Under the pieces are notes generated by a model that worked only from the letters and a program-made list of their open reading frames with translations, did no database searches and was not told the origin of the DNA. Shown one piece after another: positions 55,382 through 64,000 of a stretch of 64,000 nucleotides of DNA. The position numbers and the translations under genes are program-made. The stretch comes from a virus. Lineage: Duplodnaviria; Heunggongvirae; Uroviricota; Caudoviricetes. The stretch's first letter is position 1. Each line of letters starts with the position of its first letter. The DNA lies in IMG/VR virus record IMGVR_UViG_3300043036_000338; one strand, written 5' to 3'.

Positions 55382-55678
55382 TTACTTACCAGTGACATAT
55401 GCCCAAGCAAAGGCAATAATAAATGCAAAAACAACAATTCCGAGCGCTGTTGCAAAGCCGATCCACAATGGGGAAAGCACCCACCACCACGACCAAGTGA
55501 TGTACCCAGTCAGTTTAAGCCCAATAAACAGAATAGTCAACAGGCCCAAAAAGCCAATTCCACTATTGTTATTGTTGTTTACTTGATTTGCCATTAGTTT
55601 AGCCTTTCTTTCCAGAATTCTTGTGCAGATTTTGCAGGAGTAGCCCACGATCTGTGAGCAGGTTGTTTCTTGATCCAA
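55382..55678 (-). CDS. small membrane protein
   Basis: 98 aa, hydrophobic C-terminal half. Confidence 0.35.
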   Translation of the reverse strand: MDQETTCSQIVGYSCKICTRILERKAKLMANQVNNNNNSGIGFLGLLTILFIGLKLTGYITWSWWWVLSPLWIGFATALGIVVFAFIIAFAWAYVTGK

Positions 55679-55857
55679 GCATCAATTTCTTGCTTGACTT
55701 GGATCTCAAAGTCTGATCGAACATCTCTAGCACGGACACGAGCACACTCTTGCAGAGTAGTATCATCCCATTCAATATCCATTAATTCCTTACGTTTTAG
55801 GAAACGATCATACGAGACTTTTGCATCAGGAGTCATCAGTTCAGCCTTTCGTTCCAA
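55594..55857 (-). CDS. hypothetical protein (overlaps previous; one of the two may be wrong)
   Basis: ORF 87 aa. Confidence 0.25.
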   Translation of the reverse strand: MERKAELMTPDAKVSYDRFLKRKELMDIEWDDTTLQECARVRARDVRSDFEIQVKQEIDAWIKKQPAHRSWATPAKSAQEFWKERLN

Positions 55858-56111
55858 AAGAGTTTAATCACTTCTTTCATGTCCATACCATACGTGTTGA
55901 CAGAAGTTGTGTTAAGCATCCAATAGACGATAGCGCCTTGGCAATCTTGTTCAAACTCACTCAATACCTCAACAGGGTTGATCCGAGCAATTTCATCAGC
56001 CATCACACGGTCCATCATAATTGATTTGCCAGGTTTGGAACTGCTGGCAAAAGTAGTAAGTAGTGGACCCAACTGCATACCATTACCATTTTCATATTCG
56101 ACAAATTCCAT
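55836..56111 (-). CDS. hypothetical protein
   Basis: ORF 91 aa. Confidence 0.3.
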   Translation of the reverse strand: MEFVEYENGNGMQLGPLLTTFASSSKPGKSIMMDRVMADEIARINPVEVLSEFEQDCQGAIVYWMLNTTSVNTYGMDMKEVIKLFWNERLN

Positions 56112-56362
56112 TAGTTAGCCTCCACCCAGTCACGTTGCATTTGAACGATCATTTCCATTTCCATTGCTTCGGCAAGATCCTGATAGTCATCAGCCATAGC
56201 AATCAACTCCAAGATCATGTCCGACTTGTCATAGCCATAGTCGCCCATGTGAGCCAGTTTACGCAGTTTCTTAGCAATCTCAAGAGCAGAATGAATATTC
56301 ATAGTGAACCCTTTTTGTTTCCTCATAGACAACTTAACACAACCAGAAACATATGTCAACAA
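56111..56362 (-). CDS. hypothetical protein
   Basis: ORF 83 aa, early promoter at 56340-56385. Confidence 0.35.
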   Translation of the reverse strand: MLTYVSGCVKLSMRKQKGFTMNIHSALEIAKKLRKLAHMGDYGYDKSDMILELIAMADDYQDLAEAMEMEMIVQMQRDWVEAN

Positions 56363-56560
56363 CTATTTTGAATATATTTCCATTTGTTCCAGTTTTCTTC
56401 AACATTATACCGATACGTGGTGACCCATGTTTGTTGCATAGGACCCCACGATTGGATTGCAAGATTTTTGCTACGGGTGTTTTTGATCAACCGAAGTTTA
56501 GCACCATCACCGATAGTGATCTCTTCAAGAATATCAAAGTCATGATCAGATGTAAACATA

Positions 56561-56887
56561 TTAGACCTCAAATGGGTTTGGGATTTGTGTGAAACCCATG
56601 TTATCAACAATGAAACATTGACCAATCCAATCAACAAAGATGTCACCAACAGAGGAACTTGGACCTGGATCAGCACATAAGTTGATTTTATTCATGTCAT
56701 TCCACAGATTTGTCAACTCAAAAGCTTCTTCAAGATCGTTAGTGTTAACTTCATATACAGGAGTGTAGTACTGAGCAAAGTCAGTCTCCCATTGTTTTGC
56801 ACCAAGCATCATTGCATACTTAGCCTCTTTCTGAAGTTCTGAAGTAAACTCTTTGCAACGGTTTTGGTAGATGGTAATCATTGTCAA
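56561..56887 (-). CDS. hypothetical protein
   Basis: ORF 108 aa, early promoter at 56900-56945. Confidence 0.35.
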   Translation of the reverse strand: MTMITIYQNRCKEFTSELQKEAKYAMMLGAKQWETDFAQYYTPVYEVNTNDLEEAFELTNLWNDMNKINLCADPGPSSSVGDIFVDWIGQCFIVDNMGFTQIPNPFEV

Positions 56888-56939
56888 CTCCTGTTGGTTA
56901 TATTTACTTTATAAATCAAATAAAAGCAAATGTCAACAA

Positions 56940-57182
56940 CTATTTTCCTATCTTGTCATATTTGTCTATGGCTTCATGAATGATCATCCACTTGATCCAA
57001 GATTCAGCACAATGATCTTTCTCATGGAAAAACAATATGTCAATAAGCCAACAAATATTAAACTTACCTTCACGCTTACGACTATATTGTGTAGCAGACA
57101 ATGTTTGGTTATGTTTTCCACCAAAGATTGAATTTAGTAATATTGAAAATGATATGGCAACTCTACTGACATATGTACTCAT
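56940..57182 (-). CDS. hypothetical small protein
   Basis: ORF 80 aa. Confidence 0.3.
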   Translation of the reverse strand: MSTYVSRVAISFSILLNSIFGGKHNQTLSATQYSRKREGKFNICWLIDILFFHEKDHCAESWIKWMIIHEAIDKYDKIGK

Positions 57183-57187
57183 GATTC

Positions 57188-57610
57188 TTACTCACCTTTA
57201 AGATGCTTTACGTGATTGCGATGAATCTTACATCCTATAAAAGCATTATAGTATTCATCAGGTTTAAGTAGTACTTCTCTCACAAATTGCTCTTTGGCTT
57301 CATAATAACTCATTTCTGCGGTAGTCGTACAAAATCTAAGAATGATTCTAGTAAATCTTTCAGCACCAAACTCTTGAACTAAAGATTTGAGTTCTTCACT
57401 AGAACCATAATACGTTCCCCAATCAGATTCTTTGATAACAGTTCGCTTACGCTTCTGTCCTTTCAAGGGAGCTAATCTTCGTTTTGAGATAAGTTTTTTC
57501 TTACCTATGTATTTTTTACCATTCACAGTATCAGTAATCTCATAAATAAAGCCAATGTGACTATCATCTAAATCTTCTGAAGAGAATGGCTTCCCTTCAT
57601 AGAACCACAT
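57188..57610 (-). mobile_element. GIY-YIG homing endonuclease gene (short form) adjacent to nrdA
   Basis: GFIYEITDTVNGKKYIGKK...YYGSS. Confidence 0.5.
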
Positions 57611-57612
57611 TA

Positions 57613-57774
57613 TTCTTCGTCCGAATCTTCTTCAAATGCTTCCCAAAAATCATCAGATTCTGTTGATTCATCAAGTGCGGTACCACAGTGTGCACAAAAA
57701 AGCACTTCATTATCAGATTCAATATAAAACTCTGCTTCACATGAAGGGCAAATAATTTCCTCTTTAGTCATATG
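57613..57774 (-). CDS. small zinc-ribbon protein with acidic tail
   Basis: manual ORF MTKEEIICPSCEAEFYIESDNEVLFCAHCGTALDESTESDDFWEAFEEDSDEE; stop overlaps HEG start. Confidence 0.3.
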
Positions 57775-57782
57775 TCATTCTC

Positions 57783-57822
57783 CAAAAAAAATAAGCAGTA
57801 AGACTTTATGTCCTACCGCTTA
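57783..57822 (-). terminator. rho-independent terminator downstream of nrdA
   Basis: minus AAGCGGTAGGAC-ATAAA-GTCTTACTGCTT 12-bp stem followed by TTTTTTTT. Confidence 0.6.
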
Positions 57823-57846
57823 TTTATCTCATCTATTTTTCAGTAA

Positions 57847-59523
57847 TCAAGCTTCACACGTACTACATTCCAGAATATTTCTCACCAATTCTTGTGCAGG
57901 ATTGGCAGAACGTTGGTAATAGAATGTTTTTACTCCAAGTTTCCAGCCTTCGATAAGCAACGCATTTACATCCTTTGCTGATACATCTGGGTGAATAAGA
58001 AGGTTCAATGACTGTGCCTGATCAACATACTTTTGTCTTGCCGCAGCTTGTTGAACAATAGTCAATGGTGTAATTTCAGAGAATGTTTTAAATACATCTT
58101 TTTCATCTTGACTCAAGAATTCAAGATGTTGAACAGAACCACCACGTTTCAAGACTGATTCCCAAATTTCTTTATAACCCATTGCAGTGTCACCATGACT
58201 CACATGATCCTGTATCACAGAGTCTAGATAAGGATTTTTGTAGGTGAACTTACCTTTTGCTAGGTCTTTTGTAAAATAATTTGAGGCCAATGGTTCAATG
58301 CTTGGACTTACCTGACCTAATATAAAACTAGAAGAAGTAGTAGGAGCGATAGCACAACGTGTAAGATTTCGTTGACCATATCCAAGCATTCCTGATGGTT
58401 CACCATATTCAAGTGCAAGTTCCTTAGTTGCAATCATTGATTTATCATCAATGAATTTTGAAATTTTGATGTTTTCCATATGAGCAGCAAATGATTCAAA
58501 TGCAATCATCTTTGATTGTAGATAAGTATGCCATCCAAGAATACCCAGACCCAATGCTCTCCAACGAACAGCAAAGTTATATGATGCTTCCATGAATGGA
58601 ATGTCTTTTGTCTTCTCAATATATTCTTCCATAACAGCATCAAGAAAATAAATCATGGTTTCAACAGCATCGGTGTTCTGCCATTCATCATATGTCAAAG
58701 CATTCATAGAGGCCAAGTTACAAACAAATGACTCATCGTTTGATGAAGGCAATGCAATTTCTGAACACAGATTAGAGGCCCAAATAGTTCTATTCTTGTC
58801 TTTAAGAACTTGAGGCTTATTGTTATTAACAGTATCAGAAAAGAACAGATATGGATAACCGGACTCACGGCGCTTACGAAGTACTCTTGCCCAGACAGTT
58901 CTTTTAGCTACATCACCGTCAATCATTTCTTGCATAAACTTATCTGAAATGCAAACACCTAAGGACAAGTTCTTAATTGACGATCCTTCCTCACGTGCAT
59001 CAAGAAATTCCATAATGTCAGGCGATTCAATATCCAAATAAACAGCCATTGAACCGCGGCGAACATTGCCTTGGCTGATAATATCGACTGTAGTTTCAAA
59101 CATATTTGCATAGTGAACAGGTCCGTCAGCTTTACCGCCACTCTTAATGATAGAACCTCTTGGACGAATGCTGCCAAGATAACCACTTGTGCCGGCGCCG
59201 CTCTTTGTTTGTGTTCCGACTTCGCCTACTTTGGTTAAAATACTTTCAATAGAGTCATCAATATATACTCCATTACACGAGATAGGAAGACCTTTTTTGG
59301 TACCAAAGTTACTCCAGACAGGTGATGAAAGTGAATAATATCCACGACTCATATAGTGATAAAACTTGTCGGCAAAACCTTCCATGTCAAGAATACGTTC
59401 TGCGGTCTTAGCAATCTCCCGAACGCGTTCCTCTGCGGTCATATTACCATCAATATATCCACGTGATAGGAATGTCCGAGAGTCATCATTCGCCCACCAC
59501 CAATTTTTTGTTGTATCAATCAT
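57847..59523 (-). CDS. nrdA: ribonucleoside-diphosphate reductase large subunit (NrdA-like, no ATP cone)
   Basis: PISCNGVYIDD, NLCSEIALP catalytic Cys motifs, C-terminal CSTC redox pair. Confidence 0.75.
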   Translation of the reverse strand: MIDTTKNWWWANDDSRTFLSRGYIDGNMTAEERVREIAKTAERILDMEGFADKFYHYMSRGYYSLSSPVWSNFGTKKGLPISCNGVYIDDSIESILTKVGEVGTQTKSGAGTSGYLGSIRPRGSIIKSGGKADGPVHYANMFETTVDIISQGNVRRGSMAVYLDIESPDIMEFLDAREEGSSIKNLSLGVCISDKFMQEMIDGDVAKRTVWARVLRKRRESGYPYLFFSDTVNNNKPQVLKDKNRTIWASNLCSEIALPSSNDESFVCNLASMNALTYDEWQNTDAVETMIYFLDAVMEEYIEKTKDIPFMEASYNFAVRWRALGLGILGWHTYLQSKMIAFESFAAHMENIKISKFIDDKSMIATKELALEYGEPSGMLGYGQRNLTRCAIAPTTSSSFILGQVSPSIEPLASNYFTKDLAKGKFTYKNPYLDSVIQDHVSHGDTAMGYKEIWESVLKRGGSVQHLEFLSQDEKDVFKTFSEITPLTIVQQAAARQKYVDQAQSLNLLIHPDVSAKDVNALLIEGWKLGVKTFYYQRSANPAQELVRNILECSTCEA

Positions 59524-59535
59524 TCTTTCTTCTCC

Positions 59536-60507
59536 TTAAAACAGATCATCAGCATCAATGCCTTTACCTTTGGCATATTCAACGGGACGTTTCTGAAAGA
59601 AGTCAGTCATATTTGCACCAAGTAGTTCTTCATCAAACCAATATGTTTGTTCGATGTGTTGTGGATTATATTGAATCTCACTTGAATTAAATCCAATTTG
59701 ATCAAGAGAGTCTTTCATACGCTTTGCAATAAATGATTTCAGAATTTCAGCATTTAATCCTGGAATATTATAATCACCCATAATCCAATCAATAACTTTT
59801 GACTCTGCTTTTAAAGAATCAATGCATTCATGTGCAATACGTTCCTCAAGTTCAGCATCAAACAAGTCTGGATATTCTTCACGAAGTGTATTAATTAACT
59901 TAACACCAACTTGAGCATGAAGCATTTCTTCATTACGAGTATATTGTACTTGTTGTGCACAATCTTTTAATACTGCACGGTTACGATTGAAGTGCATGAT
60001 AATATAGAACTGACTGAAAAGAGAAACATTCTCTACAAACAGTGTAAACAAAATAATGGAATAGATATATTGCTTTTTGTCGTTTGAATATGCTTTTTTC
60101 AAATATTTACGAAGATAGTTAACACGACCTTTAATGACTTCTTCATTTAGGTTTTCTTCAAAGATATGTGTCAAATGTAGAACATCAAGTAGTTTTTCAT
60201 ATGCAAGGTTATGAATGACTTCTGAGTTAGCCATAGAATAACCTAGGTCACGGATTGATGGGTGCGGCATCTTATCGCCAATATTTGACCAAAATGTTTT
60301 AACAGCAACTTCAATCTGACCAATAGCACTCAGTGCACGAACAACGATCTGTTGCTCTTCTGGTGATAGATCATTTTTGTATTGTGAATAATCTGATCTA
60401 AAATTAAACTCGTCGGGTGTCCAAAACCCTTGCCAAATAGCATCCATAAACTGTTTAGTCCATGGATATAGATCCGGCTTTCTTGAAATTTGTTCTTCGA
60501 AAAGCAT
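59536..60507 (-). CDS. nrdB: ribonucleotide reductase small subunit (NrdB-like)
   Basis: 323 aa ferritin-like R2 with E..H iron ligand motifs (EVIHNLAYEKLL, EEMLHAQV). Confidence 0.7.
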   Translation of the reverse strand: MLFEEQISRKPDLYPWTKQFMDAIWQGFWTPDEFNFRSDYSQYKNDLSPEEQQIVVRALSAIGQIEVAVKTFWSNIGDKMPHPSIRDLGYSMANSEVIHNLAYEKLLDVLHLTHIFEENLNEEVIKGRVNYLRKYLKKAYSNDKKQYIYSIILFTLFVENVSLFSQFYIIMHFNRNRAVLKDCAQQVQYTRNEEMLHAQVGVKLINTLREEYPDLFDAELEERIAHECIDSLKAESKVIDWIMGDYNIPGLNAEILKSFIAKRMKDSLDQIGFNSSEIQYNPQHIEQTYWFDEELLGANMTDFFQKRPVEYAKGKGIDADDLF

Positions 60508-60519
60508 TTACGTACCTCT

Positions 60520-61200
60520 TTATTGTGTGATTTGACTAGAAAGTGGGAAGATTTCGGCAATTGCCTTACCAATTTCTACCGCAAGTTCCATGTGTTCTTT
60601 TTGTGTTCCATTGGCGGAACGTAGAGTAATATAATGAATCCATGAACGAATAGTACCTTGCATATATAAACGTGATACAGTATTACCTTCTGGTAGAACT
60701 GAGCGTGCCACCTCTTTAGCAATACCATTCTTTAATGCCCAGTCATATGCTTTTTTAGAAAGATCAATCACACTTTGTTGTGCTGCAGCCCATTGATGCT
60801 GCAATTCTTCATCGTCAGTTTCAATTGAGTCTTGACGATTGGTTGGATGTTGTAAACGAGCTTCACGGATAACAAATGAATTACCCAAAGCATCAACTTC
60901 TTTATAGCGTTGACTAAACTCTTGGAATGAGAACGACCGATGGCGAAGCATTTGTCGAGCAATATCACGAGTGGTTTCAATCTCAATAGTAGCTGAAACC
61001 ATTTCAAATGGAGACCAATGAGCATTTGCAATAAGATATTTTAATAGTTTTTCTGATGTTTCAAAGTTTGTTTGAAATTGTGGATTTGATACCTTAGCAC
61101 AATAGGCAATAATATCTTGAATATCATCTAGGCCAATAATACGATCTTTAACAGGTTGTGAATAGGCAAATAGATTGACCTTCATTAACATTTTCTCCAA
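60520..61200 (-). CDS. thyX: flavin-dependent thymidylate synthase ThyX
   Basis: RHRSFSFQEFSQRY ThyX motif. Confidence 0.85.
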   Translation of the reverse strand: MEKMLMKVNLFAYSQPVKDRIIGLDDIQDIIAYCAKVSNPQFQTNFETSEKLLKYLIANAHWSPFEMVSATIEIETTRDIARQMLRHRSFSFQEFSQRYKEVDALGNSFVIREARLQHPTNRQDSIETDDEELQHQWAAAQQSVIDLSKKAYDWALKNGIAKEVARSVLPEGNTVSRLYMQGTIRSWIHYITLRSANGTQKEHMELAVEIGKAIAEIFPLSSQITQ

Positions 61201-62213
61201 TGGCTGAGTTGTAGTTTGCCGACCAAACCACTATATATATTCTTTTCAATGATCGCTTTAGGATCCAATCCAGACATTATAGCATCATTTATATCTTTGT
61301 CAACCAAATTAGTTGGCCAAATGCACAATTTATATCCTTTATCTAACAGTTTTTCCATACGATCACATATCTGTTTATTCCGTGGTTCATTATCAAACAC
61401 ATAGATAGCATTCTCTGTGTTTTCAAGAGCCAAATCACTACCACCAGCATCACCAGTCGCAATTGCATTATCAATAAACAGACTATCAATTGGCCCTTCA
61501 ACGATATAGTAAGGCCGAGTAAAGTCAACAGTATTCAGACCAAAAATCTTTGGTTTACTTTCATCAAGCATTATGGTAAGGTAGCGCAGACCATCCTTCT
61601 TAAATGATCGTCCAGTAAAACCAATCAAGATACCATTTTTATCAATAAACGGAATGACAAGTCGTGGTTCATCCATTTTAGCATTCAGTTTGTCTGGAAG
61701 AATAGTATTTACCCAGGCATTGTATTTAGGTGTGTAGTATAGTTTATAATGGCTTGAAGTAGGGATCTTACGATTCTCTACATATCTTTTGGCAGGATGA
61801 TCTGGTTGCAGCTGACTAATTTTTTTAATCTTAAGTAATGGCGAATTAGCCTTTTTGAATTGTGGCACCTTATGAACAAGCGTATCAATAGGAGACTGAA
61901 TCTCTTCTTTGACAACTTGTCCTAGATCCATTTTAAAATCAATAATATAGTTATTATATAGATTGATGTCAACCGATCGTAATAGATTTTTTAAACCAAG
62001 ACTTGTACTACAGTTAAAACAATGGAACATGGCTTTATTATCTTTTTCAAGAATCCATCCTCTGGTCTTTGTTTTGGATGTTTGACTATCACCACAGATA
62101 GGACATCTAAAGTTCACCTTATATGGATTGGTAGACTTGACAGTAAACCTATCAAGCCTTACCGATAACATGTTAACATACTTATAATCAATGTAATGCA
62201 ATATTGTCTCCAA
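61185..62213 (-). CDS. 61: DNA primase gp61-like
   Basis: FRCPICGDSQTSKTKTRGW zinc ribbon, TOPRIM EGPIDSLFIDN and VFDNEPRN align with T4 gp61. Confidence 0.8.
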   Translation of the reverse strand: METILHYIDYKYVNMLSVRLDRFTVKSTNPYKVNFRCPICGDSQTSKTKTRGWILEKDNKAMFHCFNCSTSLGLKNLLRSVDINLYNNYIIDFKMDLGQVVKEEIQSPIDTLVHKVPQFKKANSPLLKIKKISQLQPDHPAKRYVENRKIPTSSHYKLYYTPKYNAWVNTILPDKLNAKMDEPRLVIPFIDKNGILIGFTGRSFKKDGLRYLTIMLDESKPKIFGLNTVDFTRPYYIVEGPIDSLFIDNAIATGDAGGSDLALENTENAIYVFDNEPRNKQICDRMEKLLDKGYKLCIWPTNLVDKDINDAIMSGLDPKAIIEKNIYSGLVGKLQLSHWRKC

Positions 62214-62276
62214 TAATATATTGAACCATTAATTCATTATACCATCATGTAGATAAATGTCAACTAAAAAGAGCAC

Positions 62277-62582
62277 TTAGTTGTAAAATTGCATTAACAT
62301 TGTTGCAACACCGCCAGTTACTGCTGTAACCAAAATCCAAAACAATGTGGATATGTTACGAGATACCTGGGCATTGAGAATTACTTGTCTCTCAATGTCA
62401 TCAAGTTTGGTAGAAAATCTATTCATACGTTCATACTGGGCACCATATTTTTGCTCCATAGCAACCAACTTTTCATCGGTTCTAGCAATCAGTACCATTG
62501 CTTCTGATAGTCTATCAATTTTTTCTTCAATACGATCTAATCGTTTTTCATCTGATGCTTCTGACATTTTAGGATACTCCAA
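62277..62582 (-). CDS. coiled-coil protein with C-terminal TM anchor
   Basis: 101 aa. Confidence 0.35.
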   Translation of the reverse strand: MEYPKMSEASDEKRLDRIEEKIDRLSEAMVLIARTDEKLVAMEQKYGAQYERMNRFSTKLDDIERQVILNAQVSRNISTLFWILVTAVTGGVATMLMQFYN

Positions 62583-62590
62583 CTTTTATG

Positions 62591-62998
62591 TTACTGATAT
62601 GCCTTAACACCGGCGGAATAATATCCTTCGTATGCAACTATAATAGATTGTAACTGCTGCACATATGTTCTTAAATCATTAATATTCAAAGAAAGATTTT
62701 CATAACCTTTATCAGTAAGTGCAAAAACAGCAACTTTGCCGCCTGTTGTTGGTAATGTTTTAAATACTTGCTCTGCATTTTCAGGTGTAATTATAATCCA
62801 TTTTACTTCACGAAGATTTAACGTGTCAGCCGTTGGCAAAACCAATGCTGGTTTGTCAATAGGCTTAGATGATATTTCAATTGGTTTTGGCTGTGCACAA
62901 GCACTAAGGAGTAACACTAACCCACAACCAAGGACATTCACTATTAAACGCTTTTGCATCTTTTGCATCCATTTCTTTATCTGTGAGTGGACTACCAC
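62591..62998 (-). CDS. outer-membrane lipoprotein, o-spanin (Rz1/PseT.2-like) candidate
   Basis: lipobox LLLSAC; overlaps next gene out of frame. Confidence 0.45.
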   Translation of the reverse strand: MVVHSQIKKWMQKMQKRLIVNVLGCGLVLLLSACAQPKPIEISSKPIDKPALVLPTADTLNLREVKWIIITPENAEQVFKTLPTTGGKVAVFALTDKGYENLSLNINDLRTYVQQLQSIIVAYEGYYSAGVKAYQ

Positions 62999-63362
62999 TT
63001 AATATTTCAAAACATCTTAGAGCCTTAGCTGAGGCATTGTTGATGATACCTTCAACCAAAGCTGGTTTGATTGCAGCTAATACACCAATTTCATGTTTTG
63101 ATAGTCTATCTACTAATTGTCTATTTTGTTCTCTTGAAGCCGAAAATGCCGTATTTACTTTTTTCAATTCTGCATTGGCCAAATAGTTTTGTAACTTTAA
63201 CTCAGAAATTGCTTGTTGATTTGTTTGTACTGCAACCTCAAGTCGAGCATTATTCTCACTATATACAGCCATTCTTGACTGCGTATCATTATAATACCAA
63301 TAGAATAAAGCAGACATTACCAATAACAAAGCGCCAACTATTGCGGCAAGTTTCATACCCAT
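62904..63362 (-). CDS. i-spanin (Rz/PseT.3-like) candidate
   Basis: N-terminal TM plus coiled coil, 152 aa, 95-nt overlap with lipoprotein gene. Confidence 0.45.
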   Translation of the reverse strand: MGMKLAAIVGALLLVMSALFYWYYNDTQSRMAVYSENNARLEVAVQTNQQAISELKLQNYLANAELKKVNTAFSASREQNRQLVDRLSKHEIGVLAAIKPALVEGIINNASAKALRCFEILSGSPLTDKEMDAKDAKAFNSECPWLWVSVTP

Positions 63363-63860
63363 TTATGCTTTATCCTTTAATGTCATTTTCTTATATTTAT
63401 TCATCTGTGATTTGGTCAATCCAGGCTCACCTCTTGGTCCAATACCAATACCGTCAATTTTACCAGAACCAACTGAATTAATAATCACATCTTCAAAGAT
63501 CAAGTCAAACTTTTTATTGACATCTACATTTTCTTTGATATAGTGCATATATGATACTAACTGTTGTTCCATAAGCGCTTCATCTACATATGCATTATTC
63601 TCTTTGATAAGCCATAATGCTGCAGCGTACGATGCTAGTTTGGTAGAACCACCAGGAATTTTAGCTAATAATTTCTTGAGTTTTAGAATCATAAGATCAA
63701 ATTTACCAAATGAGTCATTTTGCTCACGTGATCTATTCTGTTTCTTAATCAGGATTTCACCTTTATCATTAATGACGCCTGTCTTAAATGAAGGCCATGA
63801 GTCAAATGACATAGTCAGTCTTTTAAGAAATTGATATACGAGATAAAGATCTACAATCAT
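63363..63860 (-). CDS. hypothetical protein
   Basis: ORF 165 aa. Confidence 0.4.
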   Translation of the reverse strand: MIVDLYLVYQFLKRLTMSFDSWPSFKTGVINDKGEILIKKQNRSREQNDSFGKFDLMILKLKKLLAKIPGGSTKLASYAAALWLIKENNAYVDEALMEQQLVSYMHYIKENVDVNKKFDLIFEDVIINSVGSGKIDGIGIGPRGEPGLTKSQMNKYKKMTLKDKA

Positions 63861-64000
63861 ACTTTTCTCAGCTCTTCTATTATACGTTGATCCATTGATA
63901 TATCACTATTCAATATAAGTTCATTTTCATATTCTATATAATCTGGCATATAGTTTAAAAAGATCACAAATGGTTTTAAGTATTTATGATGTTCTTTTAG
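63857..64000 (-). CDS. hypothetical protein, C-terminal part (gene continues beyond window end)
   Basis: manual translation ...NYMPDYIEYENELILNSDISMDQRIIEELRKV* with ATGA overlap. Confidence 0.3.
   Translation of the reverse strand, partial: LKEHHKYLKPFVIFLNYMPDYIEYENELILNSDISMDQRIIEELRKV

Noticed and set aside
57847-61200. possible group I introns or inteins in nrdA/nrdB/thyX (common in T4-likes)
   Set aside because: all three ORFs are continuous and of compact length; the only mobile element seen is a free-standing GIY-YIG gene next to nrdA
1-64000. CRISPR array, integrase or prophage att sites
   Set aside because: no regular repeat-spacer array and no tyrosine/serine recombinase detected; repeats present are promoter cassettes and HEG leaders

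Overview
AT-rich (~35-38% GC) segment of a T4-like (Tevenvirinae/Straboviridae-like) myovirus. Almost every gene is on the minus strand.

Main blocks:
- 1-9000: baseplate and virion-completion genes (gp5 partial, gp27-like, gp53, gp48, gp4, gp2) next to gp32 SSB and the gp59 helicase loader.
- 9960-10265: a complete tmRNA (ssrA) gene that appears circularly permuted (two-piece), with tag reading frame ANENFAPEVRLAA-stop.
- 10300-42700: a long early region of small ORFs. Each has its own T4-early-type sigma70 promoter (TTGACA-17-TATAAT) with a conserved leader. The region also carries RtcB RNA ligase, PhoH, RNase H (rnh), a PD-(D/E)xK nuclease, a PAAR spike tip, HAD phosphatases, a metallophosphoesterase, a glutaredoxin, a glycosyltransferase, an SPFH/prohibitin protein, S-adenosylmethionine decarboxylase (SpeD) and a DUF2493/SLOG protein. 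Two GIY-YIG homing endonuclease genes (HEGs) share an identical 67-bp leader.
- 42700-54850: a large minus-strand tRNA cluster. I count about 27 cloverleaf tRNAs, including three CAU tRNAs, plus several degenerate tRNA-like elements. Interleaved with them are three more GIY-YIG HEGs, a Ro60/TROVE-vWA (Rsr) orthologue, a Dps/ferritin and conserved promoter/leader repeats.
- 57188-62213: nrdA, nrdB, thyX and DNA primase gp61.
- 62277-63860: an Rz/Rz1-like spanin pair and flanking genes.

The most notable content is an apparent phage-encoded RNA repair and quality-control suite: Ro60 plus candidate Y-RNA/tRNA-like ncRNAs, RtcB, HAD and metallo-phosphatases, tmRNA and the tRNA set. No CRISPR array or integrase was seen.

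Coordinates of tRNAs and small elements were derived by hand folding and need confirmation with tRNAscan-SE, ARAGORN and Infernal.
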